Assembly (NCBI RefSeq): GCF_006345805.1
Contig: NC_043004.1
Coordinates: 77,066,001 to 77,130,000 of the forward strand
Origin: Octopus sinensis
Taxonomy: Eukaryota
Direction of reading: 5' to 3'
DNA: 64,000 nt
Part shown: piece after piece, positions 1 to 12,228 of the stretch
Layout of the letters: each line of letters opens with the position of its first letter
Numbering within the stretch: the first letter of the stretch is position 1
Notes under the pieces: generated by a model
What the model was told of the DNA's origin: nothing
Database searches by the model: none
Seen by the model: only the letters and a program-made list of their open reading frames with translations
Position numbers and translations under genes: made by a program

Positions 1-301
1 TACCTAACGCCAACAACTCTGTGAGTGTAGTGGGTGCTTTTTTCGTGCCGCCGGCACAGGTGCCAGGGGGGCTGGCAGCGGCAACGATCGGTTGGTGCTT
101 TTTTCGTGCCGCCGGCACAGGTGCCAGGGGGGCTGGCAGCGGCAACGATCGGTTGGTGATTTTTACGTGCCAACGGCACAGAAGCCAGTCAAGGCGGCGC
201 TGCAATCGGCCACGTTTTTTTTTTTTTACGTGCTGAAAGGAAGCAACAGAAAGTAACAACCACACTCTTACCCGCGCGTAGAGCGGGTCACCTTCAGCTA
301 G
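1..301 (+). mobile_element. 3' part of a non-autonomous Helitron (5' end outside the window)
   Basis: Ends in hairpin CCCGC-gcgtaga-GCGGG, then CTAG at 298-301 followed by T. The same ~60-nt terminus recurs at 21650-21710. Confidence 0.75.
34..180 (+). repeat. GC-rich 61-bp tandem repeat (~2.4 copies) inside the Helitron
   Basis: The GTGCTTTT...AACGATCGGTTG unit starts at 34, 95 and 156. Confidence 0.85.
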
Positions 302-813
302 TATATATATATTATTAATTACTGCTTATCGGTTACATAAATACATACAAACATACATACATACATATATACATACATGCATACATACATACATACCAGT
401 TGTGCTCCAGGTCATCAGCGTCATATGATACATGCCTGCTCGAAGAATTTCACGTTTTTCTGCAATATTTCTAACTCCAGGTGGCTTCTTTCTCCATTTC
501 TAAGTTAAGGGTAAAAATAATGCACTGAAGGTTTCGATCAAGCGAGCATTCAGTAAAATGGAAATGGAAGAAATAGTTAAGTCACGCGCGTCATTTCGTA
601 AACGCATTGAACTGGTAAAGAAAGCAAGTGGCGGCCAAATTGAAGTGAAATAAGTTGACATAAATATAAAATTTGCAATGTTTGATTTTTCCGAGTTATA
701 CCAATTATAATAAAGATATTTGAATGGTCCAGATTTACCCGTTACATTTTCCTTTAATATTTCAATCACGAAAATGTTTTTATCGTTGCTGTTGTTGTTG
801 TTGTTTCGAACAG

Positions 814-910
814 GCTGCTGAAATTTCGATGAGGAAACAGCGTATTTTGATTGGAAAGGCCAAAGAAGAATGCTTTGACAGTATCAATTCTGATCCTCCA
901 AAATACACAA
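814..910 (+). CDS. Class B1 GPCR, first exon visible in window (ECD N-terminal helix, Cys1): AAEISMRKQRILIGKAKEECFDSINSDPPKYT
   Basis: Acceptor gaacAG, donor GTGAGT, phase 0-1. Joins in frame to the 2602 exon (A|GT = Ser). Confidence 0.85.
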
Positions 911-2601
911 GTGAGTAACCTTAACTTCATAGAAATTGTATAGTTTCATTGTAATGTCGAGAACGACCGCTAGCTGAAAGTACTGAGCTATATATTGTTG
1001 AGTCAACAGTTTATACACTGTAATTGATTCTGCTCTTTAAATCTGGATAAGATTTAGTCTATCCAAATCACTTCTTCTAAGCAGCTACAATCGACAATAT
1101 AGTCTTCCGGTAAGAGTTCCGGGGTCAATAAAAGTATCAGTTGTTCTCGCTACTTCCCTGCGGACGATATCGACTATAAACAAAAGTAATAACAAACAGT
1201 CGCGTTTTCGTTATCCTATAAATTTGAACCCCTGTATGTCTCTGTAGCAATTATCTTGGTGAATTAAATGAATGTATTAGTCCGACATGAATACAAACCG
1301 CTTATTATTTTTTTTGTCCGTAGATGATAACTATATTTTGGTCTTTAGTTAGCCCTAATTAAGACTTATGAACAAAATTATTGCAAAAGTGACCATCTCA
1401 TTTTTGAGTATATGTTGGTCTACTTTGTTCAGTGGAGGCACAGTGTAACATTTCTTTAAAACTAAAGAATGGATTTTAAAGAGACTCGGCTGTTCTTTCT
1501 AGTAGGGCGAGCTACCATAAAGCTGCTCCATTGCCTAGCAGTTATTATTGTTGTTGATAAATATACTGAACTATTCATTTTGTTGCTGCACTAAAAATTA
1601 AATTGAAACATTTTCTTTTTAACAGTGCCACCTTCAGATATATGTATTTATTTTATTTTATTTTATTTTTTTTCTTGTTTATTTTTGCCTATTGTAATTC
1701 ATCAATATGATATTAAACTTACTGTATTCATTATCTGAAATATATTTTACGTTATTTAAGTTGTTTTTTTTTGGGGGGGGGGGTCTTACGTTGATGAAAT
1801 TAATGTGTTATGAACACACTAACTTCATCAACCATCAACGTACGAAACCACTAAAGCCTCTTAAATAATGCAAAATGTATTTCAGACATGAACAGAATAA
1901 GTTCAGAAGATACAGTCTAATGTGTCTAGAAAAACTACCAGTTTAATTGACCTTACTTCGTTATATAAATGTCTTTATAGAATTGACTTATTCATGAAAA
2001 CTCATTATGAAAGCTTTTGGAATTCATACCATATATACTCTCCATAATTTTATTTCATTTATTAATATTTCTTTCATATTTTCACGGCAAAACTATTGAA
2101 CAAATCTAATGAGAAACAAATCTCAGTTACTTCTTGCAACTTGAAATTATCTTGGAAAAATATATTAATCTTAAGAATCTAAGGCCAGGCTCTTCAACAT
2201 TGACCTATATTGACTTGGTTCTTATTGTTCCTTAAACTGTATTTATTAAATTATGAATCAATTTTTATTAACTATTCAAAATTATCTATAGATATATGTT
2301 CATGTATATTCCATTGATATTAAGGAGTATCTTTAATCTGAATTGAGTTTGCGTTTTTGTAACTAAAAACGACAACTAGACATTAGTGATTCAGAATCAA
2401 AGTAATACCTTTAAATGTTAATACGTTAATATATTTTTAATGCGTTCTACTAGTAAACAGCTCAATTTATAATGGCTTATTCGTTGATTTAAAAAGGGTG
2501 ACTAAATATCGAATTACATTGTAGCAGTAAATTTCTGCGTTTAAAACGTTTTTAATCAACAAATTTTAAACAAATTTTAATGATACTTAATTCTTTTTAA
2601 G

Positions 2602-2715
2602 GTGGTCTGTGGTGCAACCGGACATGGGATGGCGTTGCATGTTGGACCGATACACGCGCTTCAAGCACAGCTACACAAATTTGCCCTTCATATATAATAG
2701 GGTTTAACAGATTCG
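2602..2715 (+). CDS. Class B1 GPCR exon, hormone-binding domain: GLWCNRTWDGVACWTDTRASSTATQICPSYIIGFNRF
   Basis: CxxxWDGxxCW...CP signature; ttttaAG / GTAGGT; phase 1-1, 114 nt. Confidence 0.95.
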
Positions 2716-3229
2716 GTAGGTCTATATATTACCTTTATTCATTTGTATTTTATGATAAATTAACGAACTAATTGTAAAAAGACAGTTATACTTGCATTAT
2801 ATGTAATCATTTATCACTATCAAATATTGTTTGTCGCTTTATATTAAATATTCACACAAGAATAGCTATACACATATAATTATCGAGAAGTAGAAAGCAA
2901 GCCTTCTTCATTTTCTTGATGGAATAGTTCGAAGTGTAACTTACATTACTCTATGTTTTCTTGGGATGAGATCAGACTGGTTATCTTACTAGAAACTAAA
3001 AGTAAGATCTAGACAAAAGAGATTGATTCCAACTTCGCCAGTGCTAAATGAGAGTCAGCAACTTGAAACTAGTCATCTATCTGTTGTTAGATTTGCATAT
3101 TGCATCTGTTCCCTAACGACTTGTAACTGTAGCATTACTATAAATGCCATCTTTTAAAGAAAATTCATAATGTCTTCAGATTAAAATCACCTTGCTAGTC
3201 TATTATCTATATTAAATAACCAACATTAA

Positions 3230-3390
3230 GGTGGCGAGTTAGCTGAATCGTTAGCACGCCGGGCAAAATTCTTAGTAGCATTTCGTCTGTCTTTACATTC
3301 TATGTTCAAATTCCGCCGAACACTGGGGTTCATGTAATCGATCTGCCCTTGCCTCGAAATTGCTGGCCTTGTGCAAAATTTGAAACTATA
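3230..3390 (+). mobile_element. tRNA-derived SINE, abundant octopus OK-like family (internally deleted)
   Basis: Head GGTGGCGAGTTAGCTGAATCGTTAGC...GTTCAAATTCCGCCG shared with 6 or more copies in the window. Confidence 0.8.
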
Positions 3391-3553
3391 TTAAATTACC
3401 AACAAATATTGTGTGATAATCTGAGAGTTGAACCGATGTCAATAGCAGCTTAGGTATTAATAATTTGGATTAATTATAAAAAAAAAAAAAAATTACAGAT
3501 CTTTCAGAAAATAGAAAAGTTTTCTTACCTGGGATATGATTTTAATTTTTCAG

Positions 3554-3657
3554 AATATGCTTCTCGCAGGTGCACAGAAACGGGCGAATGGTTCCGTAGC
3601 CCGAAAACAAACAAGAGCTGGACGGATTACTCTCGTTGTATAACTCCAGTTGAAACA
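3554..3657 (+). CDS. Class B1 GPCR exon, ECD end: EYASRRCTETGEWFRSPKTNKSWTDYSRCITPVET
   Basis: RxCxxxGxW...WTDYSxC signature; tttcAG / GTGAGT; phase 1-0. Confidence 0.95.
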
Positions 3658-4198
3658 GTGAGTTATTGTTTATTGATGTTCTAATGAATAAAAAAAACAC
3701 AGGTAGAGCACAGCCTTATAAATTGAACGAAGAAACAGTTAATAGCAGAAAGAACGTTTCTTCTATCAGATACACTCACAAGGTTTTAGTCGGCCTGGAG
3801 ATAACAGCTAATTTACCCAGGGGCCACGCAGTCGGACTGAACCCAGAACCATGTGGATGGAAACAAACTTTTCTCCTGAACGGAGCGCCAGTCCGTCGCA
3901 GGGTTGCCCATTTGCAGATGAGTGGACTGGGGCAACATGAAATGGAGTGTTTTGCTCAATAACACAACGCACAATCGGCCTGGAAATTAAAACCACGGTC
4001 TCGTGATCACGAGTGAAACACTCTAAAACCGTGTCTGTGTGTGTGTGCGCGCGCGCGCGCGCGTGTGTGTGTGCACGCGCGTGCACACACACACACTTTT
4101 CACATCAAATTCAATTTTTAATAGGTTTATTTAATTTGAATTTCTGGAATTCAAAACTTACGAGTCCTTCAATAATAGTCCACTATCAACGAGGCCGA

Positions 4199-4500
4199 GG
4201 GTGACGAGCTGACAGAATCATTAGCGTGCCGAGAAAAATGCTGAGCGGTATTTCGTCTGCTGCTACGTTCTGACTTCAAATACCGCCGAGATCGACTTTG
4301 CCTTTCATCCTTTCGGGGTCGATTAAATAAGTACCAGTTACACACTGGGGTCGATGTAATCGACTTAATCCCTTTGTCTGTCCTTGTTTGTCCTCTCTGT
4401 GTTTAGCCCCTTGTGGGTAGTAAAGAAACAGGTATTTCATCCACAGTTATGTTCTGAGTTCAAATCCCTCCGAGGTCGACTTTGCCTTTCAACCTTTCGA
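4199..4500 (+). mobile_element. OK-like SINE followed by a partial second internal unit
   Basis: Full head and body, then AAAGAAACA|GGTATTTC restart. Confidence 0.85.
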
Positions 4501-4685
4501 TGTTAATCAAATAATATACACGGTACGATATAGATACATAAAAACACAAAAACATCTCAAAAGGAATACATTAGGGAATTAATAAGAAACGTAAAATCAA
4601 AGGAGTACGCTCTTACCACAAAAGAGGTTGATAAGTGTGTAAGGGGTGGTGGTGGAATGAACGTTAGTAGGAGAATGAGGGACAA

Positions 4686-5208
4686 TCTATATATATAAAA
4701 CTGTAGTTGTGTGAGTGTCTGTCTCCTACGATTTAGATTCCTAATTACTCCCACATTTTGCGGTGCAGTTTAACCAAATTCGGGTATCTTATAGTCGTGA
4801 TTCATATCAAGCCCGTCTGGGTATTAGCGCGCGTCTACGATGAGTCTACGATTTAAAAAATAATTTAACATCATTTTTTTCCATTTTAACGCATATTTTT
4901 TCGTGTGTCGATGGCGGCGGAGTTGGCGTCCATGATCACACCTGCACCTGTGTTGCTTCTCCCCCTTCTTCCCTCCCTCGTGAAGCTGTGGGGAAGGGAG
5001 TGTAAGGAAATCAACGTCGTAAAGCATTGTCAAGGAGACCAGCGTTCTTTTAGAACAACGACTTCATGGCTTGAAGACACCAAAATTACCATCATTTTTT
5101 ATTCCATTTTTAATGCATTTTTTTGCTATTTTTTTGCTATAACTCACTAAAAATGCTTATATAGTTATTTCCCTTACAAACCCGAGCAACGCCGGGCGAT
5201 ACTGCTAG
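4686..5208 (+). mobile_element. Non-autonomous Helitron (523 bp)
   Basis: A|TCTATATATATAAAA 5' end; 3' hairpin CCCG-agcaacgc-CGGG then CTAG|T; AT target site. Confidence 0.8.
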
Positions 5209-5299
5209 TACCTTATAATTCATGAACATCGCCTCGAGGGATGAAGAAGTTGTTTGTTGTTTATGATGCATTAACTCTTTCCATAGCTCAGTGTAGGAA

Positions 5300-6560
5300 C
5301 TGAGCTTATTTACGCCCCTCATGTAGCTTTTATGTTACGTTCATGATTAGGATCATCAGCAGCAAAAAACTGCCAACCTTCTTCTATAAGTATCAACCCA
5401 TTAGCAGTATTTTTTGTTTGTTAAGGTTAAGTGGCTAATCTGTTCTCTCAGCTTGTCCTTTATTCTAAAAGCATCAGCTCCTTGTTAGATAAATTTTCTT
5501 CCTGGGTCTCTCGCAACTCGATCACATCATCCTCTATGACTTCTTCAAATCCTTTGCAAGACTTACAATATATTTCCAAATTTGATATAAAATTTCTGCT
5601 TGAGAAAAACTTGCAATATCACAGATACAGTCTGACTATATACTTTTCTAAGCACTATTTAAATTTGAAGGTTTCACTTCATCCCATGATTCAGCAATAT
5701 TATCCACAGCATCCGCTATGTTGAATTTCTTCCACAAATCCCTAACTAGATTTATTTCCCCTGTCAATAGCTTTCGTAAGTTATTTTACAAGTTCTTCTC
5801 ATGTAATATGCATTGAAGTTAGCTATCACACTTTAATCCATTAGTTGGAGCAACGAAGTTGTATTCTCGGGAATATATTCTACTCTTACATTATCATAAA
5901 GATTATTTATGTTCGCAAAGTGATTTGATGCATTCTCTAACTGAAACAATGCTTTGTTGGAAATACTGTGTCTGTCACTGTACCTACCACCCTTTGAAAA
6001 GGTTCTCAGCCATTCATGCTTTCTTATTCGAACGCCAAACCAGAGCTAGATTAAACTTAGTGAAATCCTTGAAAGTCCTTGAATTTTTGGAGTGATGACG
6101 GGTAGGGGCTTTAATTTCATATCACCAGCGGGAATTCCTCCAATAATAAGTGTCAAATGATTTTTGGAAGCTTTAAATTTTGGTGGTGAATTTTCTTCTT
6201 GAGAAATAAAATTTCTAATAGGCACGCACTTCCACAAAAGTGGTTTCATCAACGTTGTATACTTGTCCTGGTGTGTACCTTCCCCCCCCACACACACTCA
6301 ACAATAATTTTCTACAACTGCTCAAGATAATTAGTTGAAGCCTCTGTATCAGCGCTCCCAGTCTCACCACTCATTTTTATGTGGTACAAATTCAAGCGCT
6401 CCTTAAACCTTTTAAACCAACCTTTACTAGTGAAAAAGGGTTTTCGTTAGAAGTTTCACTTTTTTCATTTATTTATTTATTCATCTGTTTATTTATTGCA
6501 AATCATCGTATTGGCAATTCGCTCCTTGCACTTCTGGCATAAGACATAAATACACACACA
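5300..6560 (-). pseudogene. Decayed Tigger/pogo transposase fragment
   Basis: Peptides FKASKNHLTLIIGGIPAGDMKLKPL and HIKMSGETGSADTEAS match Tigger DDE transposases; multiple stops. Confidence 0.8.
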
Positions 6561-7170
6561 GACATAATTACACAGTATCACACACGCTCGTACGCGCGCA
6601 CACGTACACTCATACACAAACACTCATACGCACAAACACTTACACACAGACACACACACTCATGCACACATATGTGTTGGCGTAACATGCTGATATCTGT
6701 TGTAGCCAGTTAGATTCAAAAGTTGGTGGGTTGATGGTGGAAATGACGTGGGGTGCACTAGTTAGTGGTTGTGGGCAGGTAGTGTTAATGTTGCAGTGGT
6801 TGTATTGTTCTTGTCAATTGTATTGTTGTGGCAGTTAAGTCTCAAGTCAATCCTCATAGACCTAGGATCAATGACATTAGAATACTACATTACATGTTTT
6901 TATTTGAAATGGATTTGCATAGTTTTAAATTATGCAATACAAGTTTCCGTAAGACCGAATTTACAGACCATATCCCGAAATTAATGGTCACACTTTACAA
7001 TTTTCGTAAGTGTGAAATCCTGTAGCCTGAGGTAGCTGTAACGCGGGGAATACTTGTACTTTATTTTATACTAGAAAAATGGTTTCCAGTGCATGTAATT
7101 GTTGTATTTTACGTACTCAGAGTTTCATTCTAATATTCATTTTATAATTTTTTTCTTTTCAAATCTATAG

Positions 7171-7277
7171 GTATTGGCGCAGAATCATATCCACAATATT
7201 CTTGGCTTAACAAACTTTGGATATGTTGTGTCGTTGATCTCTCTTTTGGTTGCGATTGTGATAATGGTCTTTTGCAG
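7171..7277 (+). CDS. Class B1 GPCR exon, TM1: VLAQNHIHNILGLTNFGYVVSLISLLVAIVIMVFCR
   Basis: GYxxSLxSLxxA TM1 motif; ctatAG / GTGAAA; phase 0-2. Confidence 0.95.
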
Positions 7278-7388
7278 GTGAAAATTTTTCTCATATTTTA
7301 CTTGATGTTTTATAATTCATAAACTGTAATAACATACGCTGTAAATGTTACCTCTTTCGAGGGGTCTCACATCTCATTTTTTGGTTAA

Positions 7389-7845
7389 TGGGGCTACAAG
7401 ATACAATAGCATCAACCCTTAAGGGTTAGCCACATTTAGGTGGCAAATATACTTCACGATGTCGTGCGGCTACTGTTTATACCTAGCTCAGTGATTTATT
7501 ATTGCTTGTTTCCACTTTTTCGAGATAGTGACTTTTCGTCACTGGAAAAAGTATATATATTTGCATTGCGAACCACTTCACATCGCCAGCCGGTTGTTGT
7601 CACATGCTGATGATGGGTCAATACCCAGAAACTCGGGTCCATGTGTATCACGTCAGGCTGGACATGGGAACGATGACTTCCCTTTGCAAATACTGATTGG
7701 CACAGACAGTGTGTCAATAGCCAGCTGGAAGAGATGCCTTCTTGGGGCTACAAGTGACAGTAGCATCAGCTCTTAAGGGTTAGCCACATTTAGGTGGTAA
7801 ATATACTTCACGATCTCGTACGGCTACTGTTTATACCTCGCTCAG
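7389..7845 (+). repeat. 354-bp-period direct repeat (~1.3 units; 7389-7491 matches 7743-7845) containing a hammerhead; retrozyme/pLTR-like
   Basis: Three anchor motifs are each offset by exactly 354 nt. Confidence 0.85.
7601..7645 (+). ncRNA. Minimal type I hammerhead ribozyme with complete canonical core
   Basis: CACAUG-CUGAUGA-UGGG-ucaaua-CCCA-GAAA-C-ucgg-G-UC-CAUGUG: 6-bp stem I, 4-bp stem II, short stem III. Predicted GUC cleavage after 7639. Confidence 0.92.
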
Positions 7846-7850
7846 CGGAA

Positions 7851-7942
7851 GTTACATAGTAACTCAAGGTTTCCTGCGTTAGCACTTATTAAGTGATAAG
7901 TGCCGATTCGCAAAACTCTCGGCCCTTGAGTTACTATGTAAC
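7851..7942. mobile_element. 92-bp MITE
   Basis: Perfect 19-bp TIR GTTACATAGTAACTCAAGG / CCTTGAGTTACTATGTAAC. Confidence 0.75.
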
Positions 7943-7964
7943 ATCTGCCAATTATTAATAATGT

Positions 7965-8492
7965 GTGTCTGAATGTGTATGTGTGTGATGTGTATGTACG
8001 TACGTACGTACGTACGTACGTATGTATGTATGTATGTATGTATGTATGTATGTATGTATGTATGTATGTATGAATGTATGTACGTACGTACGCATGTATG
8101 TATGTATGTATGTATGTGTGTATGTATGTGTGTATGTATGTATGTATGTATGAATGTATGTATGTATGAATGTATGTATGTATGTATATATGTATGTATG
8201 TACGTATGTATGTATGGATGTATGTATGTATGCATGCATGTATGTATGTATGTTTGTATGTAGGTATGTATGTAAGTATGTACGTATGTATGAATGTATG
8301 TATGTATGTATGTAAGTATGTATGTATGTATGTATGAATGTATGTATGTATGTTTGTATGTATGTATGTATGTTTGTATATATGTATATGTATGTATGTA
8401 TGTATGTATGAATGTATGTATGTATATATGTATGTATGTATCTATGTATGTATGTTTGTATGAATGTATGTATGTATGCATGCATGCATGCA
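7965..8492. repeat. Long imperfect (TATG)n microsatellite
   Basis: Seen directly; explains the HTYI/MYVC ORFs. Confidence 0.95.
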
Positions 8493-9714
8493 TTCTTAAA
8501 GCATCCAGTTACAATATCTAATTTTCATTAGATAATGATTTCCCTTGCAGTTGAAAAGTTCATTATTTAATTGCACAGCAGTTATTCATTATTGTAACAA
8601 AACAAATCTGATGTCAAAATAAGACATTATAATGATAAATAAGGTCATATATTCTATACTTAATTTGTCAGTTTAATAAGTCATGACTGAAAGACAGGAA
8701 TTCAATTGACCACATGGCATTTGTTAAGTGCATAATATCATGTTACACACAAGCAACACACTGGGGATTAATGAATCAACTATACACACAGTACTAAAAC
8801 TATGATTTTAGCAGAGTCTAAGGGAATTATATTTAATAGTTGTTACCGAGTAACAATAAGCTATTGTCTCCACCTAGAGTCGAAAATTCTCCTTATGATG
8901 TGATTCATCATTATTTTTAATTAACCTATTCCTTTCTCCATGAATGTTTCATCACATCAGTTTCTGATCGTTAGAATATTTATTCAGTTGTTTCCAATCA
9001 GTTCCTGGCGGAAAATTATAAGCTGAATATAATCTAAATTTATTTCATGTAAAGGCATGGATGGAAGTAAAACCTCTAGCAAGAATGGCGAGTTTTAGAA
9101 ACACCAAGAAACTAAATCATAGAAAGTCTCTCGGCATAATGTTTATTTATGCTATACGCTACTGACTGGGCAGAATCGAGATAAGTCCTGGAAGAGAAAA
9201 TCAGATAACAATAATATAAGAATAACAAATTCTGAAATCCAGAAGACATGCACTGTGCGTTAATAGGGAATATAGCAAAATAAGAGAATTAAGTTACACC
9301 TTTAACATACTGCAATGGAAACAATATCTAGTTAATCTATAAATAGAGACTGGATATTTTTTCCTGTTTGCTTAGTTAACCGAGTTGCATTGATAACCTA
9401 AAGCTCTTTAACATAATGAAACAAATTAATAAAGAATATCAAAAATTACTAGAGATAAACGAAGTGACTGCAATAGTATAACTTTGGAATGTTAAAAAAA
9501 CGTTCATCTTTTGAAATGGATGTTCTACTGATTTCAGCGCTTATCGCTAAGCGATAACAGTTGAAATATCAAATGAACAATTGTAGATTATATCTGATTT
9601 TAACGATTTACAAAGCTCCATTTTATATTAGTTAATACAATTTATGAAAGACCCCACATTACTTTTACTTTATAAAACAAAGGAAAAGATTTTAACATAA
9701 TATTTTAAATTACA

Positions 9715-10076
9715 CTAGCACTATGACCCGGCAACGCCGGGTCATACTGCTAGTGCATGCATATACAGCTGCGTGCGTGCGCACATACACGTGAGTACTG
9801 TCCAAATCTCCGACCAATCACATACAGCTAGCTGGCATTCAATTGGCGTCTCAAGTTTCGGGCATTTTGATTGGGTTTTGGATAGAAAATTCACAAAAAG
9901 TCACTTCTATTGATTTTTTAATGACTTTGCAGGGTGACTGCGGAAATTTAAAGATGTGCATGACCACCCTTCGACGGTTTTGAATTACCATAGAAAGTGC
10001 GAACCTTCTAACTGAAAAATTGTGGATTTGTATAAAGGACACACACACAGACAGACATTTTGCCGTTTATATATAA
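9715..10076 (-). mobile_element. Non-autonomous Helitron-like element
   Basis: Minus-strand 5' end A|TTATATATAAACGG...GTCTGTCTGTGTG resembles the 4686 element; 3' palindrome ends CTAG|T. Confidence 0.6.
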
Positions 10077-10320
10077 TGTGATTCTTATATTGACAGATCA
10101 ACATGCATTTTCAAATCCATATTCGATTTGTGTTACCATGGTCACTTTCAGATTTTCTATGGACGCCAACAGTGCATTCCACGATTAGTAAGGAACAGGT
10201 TGATTTTCTAATACGAAAAATGTATTTTGGGGTTCTGCCTCTAGAATTGCTTAACTCAGAAAAAAAGTTCAATGGCAAGGATGCAGTTTTAGCAAAGCTA
10301 TGAATATACGGCGGTCGTTA

Positions 10321-10484
10321 GGTTCTGAGTTCAAATTCCGTCGAGGTCGACTTTGCTTTTCATCCTTTTGGGGTCGATAAATAAAGTACCAGTTTCGCAC
10401 TGGAGTCGATGTAATCGACTTAATCCCTTTGTCTGTCCTTGTTTGTCCCCTCTATGTTTAGCCCCTTGTGGGCAATAAAGAAAT
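10321..10484 (+). mobile_element. 5'-truncated OK-like SINE
   Basis: GTTCTGAGTTCAAATTCCG...AATAAAGAAATA. Confidence 0.85.
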
Positions 10485-10988
10485 ATATAAATATATGGCG
10501 GTTTAACAATATCATCAGTGTCTACGGAGACAGATTAACTGTAGTGACATTGAGGATTTAACTATATGTTCTCCATTGAGACTTAGTAATATTTCAATAT
10601 TATTATTTTGTTTATAATTTACTACTATTGAAAGGTAGGTGAAATATAGCTGATTGGCTAAGAGTTCGCTTTGCATCCAAACTTGGCATCTTGGGTAAAT
10701 GTCAGTTTCTGTTATATAGCTTCAGGTCAAGCCATATCTAACTAGTTATGTTGGGTAGATAGAAACAATATTGAAGCATAGCGAATGAATTGCATTCAGA
10801 ATGTCAGATCTCTGAAATTCTATCTTAGTTCATATCTGTACCGTAGGTATTAACTTTCAAAAGTACATGAGTAACATTCACATCATAAGTTCTCAGAATC
10901 GTTCGGAGTTTACAGATATTTAATGTATTTCAAAATGTAATCTATATCTATAAAATATTTAATAAATTGCGTTTTTTTCCTTTTCCAG

Positions 10989-11151
10989 GAGATTCCATTA
11001 CAAAAGTAATATTCTTCATATCAATCTATTCCTGGCATTTTCTTGTCGGTCATTGTTTTCCCTTCTCAGACAGAACCTTTTCACTTATGGATTTGCCATG
11101 TCCATTGACTTTCAGAAGAAAGGAGACAAGATAATTTTCAAAGACGGACCG
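10989..11151 (+). CDS. Class B1 GPCR exon, ICL1-TM2-ECL1: RFHYKSNILHINLFLAFSCRSLFSLLRQNLFTYGFAMSIDFQKKGDKIIFKDGP
   Basis: NxxHxNLFxxFxxR motif; ttccAG / GTAAGG; phase 2-0. Confidence 0.95.
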
Positions 11152-11737
11152 GTAAGGAAACATTCTTTCCTATTCAGAAAAACGAATGCTTACTGCCCAG
11201 AAATAAGATACAAAATAAACTAGAGGTTATAGCTGGTTTGTGTCGGTAAAAATCAGATGAGAGGTAGTTTGAGAAAAAATATGACAGAGGAAAGAAAGGT
11301 AGGATAGACGTAGAAGAAACACTTGAAAATACATGGTTGAATGGTAATTTTCATTTTAATTGAAGAAATAAATGTTAATTATAAACTGATTTTTAAAAAA
11401 AACCTTGTTTAAAGTATCACTTAAAACCACCAGCAGTTTTCAATAACGTATATATTAAATAGATGTTTTAAAGTATTCGAATGCTTCCACGAAGAACAGA
11501 TCAACAGTACAAAGAAATCAAATATCAATACCTTTAAAACGGCAACCACTTTAACAGTAGCAGAATTACCATCCCACTACATCTAAACATTCAAAGCAGT
11601 TTGTCGGCGGTCCTTCAGCAACATTGCATCCAGATACCTATTAAATTCAGGCCCCACCAGACAGAGAGGATGTTCTTGAAGTCGAGAATTTTGAACTTAC
11701 GGAGACAATATTTACATATCACCTGGGGAAACACAAT

Positions 11738-11783
<46 letters not shown>

Positions 11784-11821
11784 GTGTGTATGTGTGTATG
11801 TATGTATGTATGTATGTATGT

Positions 11822-12228
11822 ATATCTCTTTTCTCTTTTACTTGTTTCAGTCATTTGACTGCGGCCATGCTGGAGCACCGCTTTTAGTCGAGCAACTCGA
11901 CCCCGGGACTTATTCTTTGTAAGCCCAGTACTTATTCTATCGGTCTCTTTTTTGCCGAACCGCTAAGTGACGGGGACGTAAACACACCAGCATCGGTTGT
12001 CAAGCGATGCTAGGGGGACAAACACAGACATACAACCACACGCATATATATATATACATATATACGACAGGCTTCTTTCAGTTTCCGTCTACCAAATCCA
12101 CTCACAAGGCATTGGTCGGCCCGGGGCTATAGCAGAAGACACTTGCCCAAGATGCCACGCAGTGGGACTGAACCCGGAACCATGTGGTTGGTTAGCAAGC
12201 TACTTACCACACAGCCACTCCTGCGCCT
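11822..12228 (-). mobile_element. Composite core-domain SINE (~400 bp) with internal microsatellite
   Basis: Close copy at 56918-57313; contains the GGGCAAGTGTCTTCTGCTATAGCC core on the minus strand. Confidence 0.8.

Noticed and set aside
7112-7130. Minus-strand GAAAC-TCTGA-GTA resembling a hammerhead 3' half
   Set aside because: No CUGANGA or stem II upstream; it lies in ordinary AT-rich intron.
7879-8521. Long ORFs such as HTYIHTYI and MYVCMYVC (also at 31087-31892, 33745, 14265 and 51754)
   Set aside because: They are translations of microsatellites that lack stop codons, not genes.
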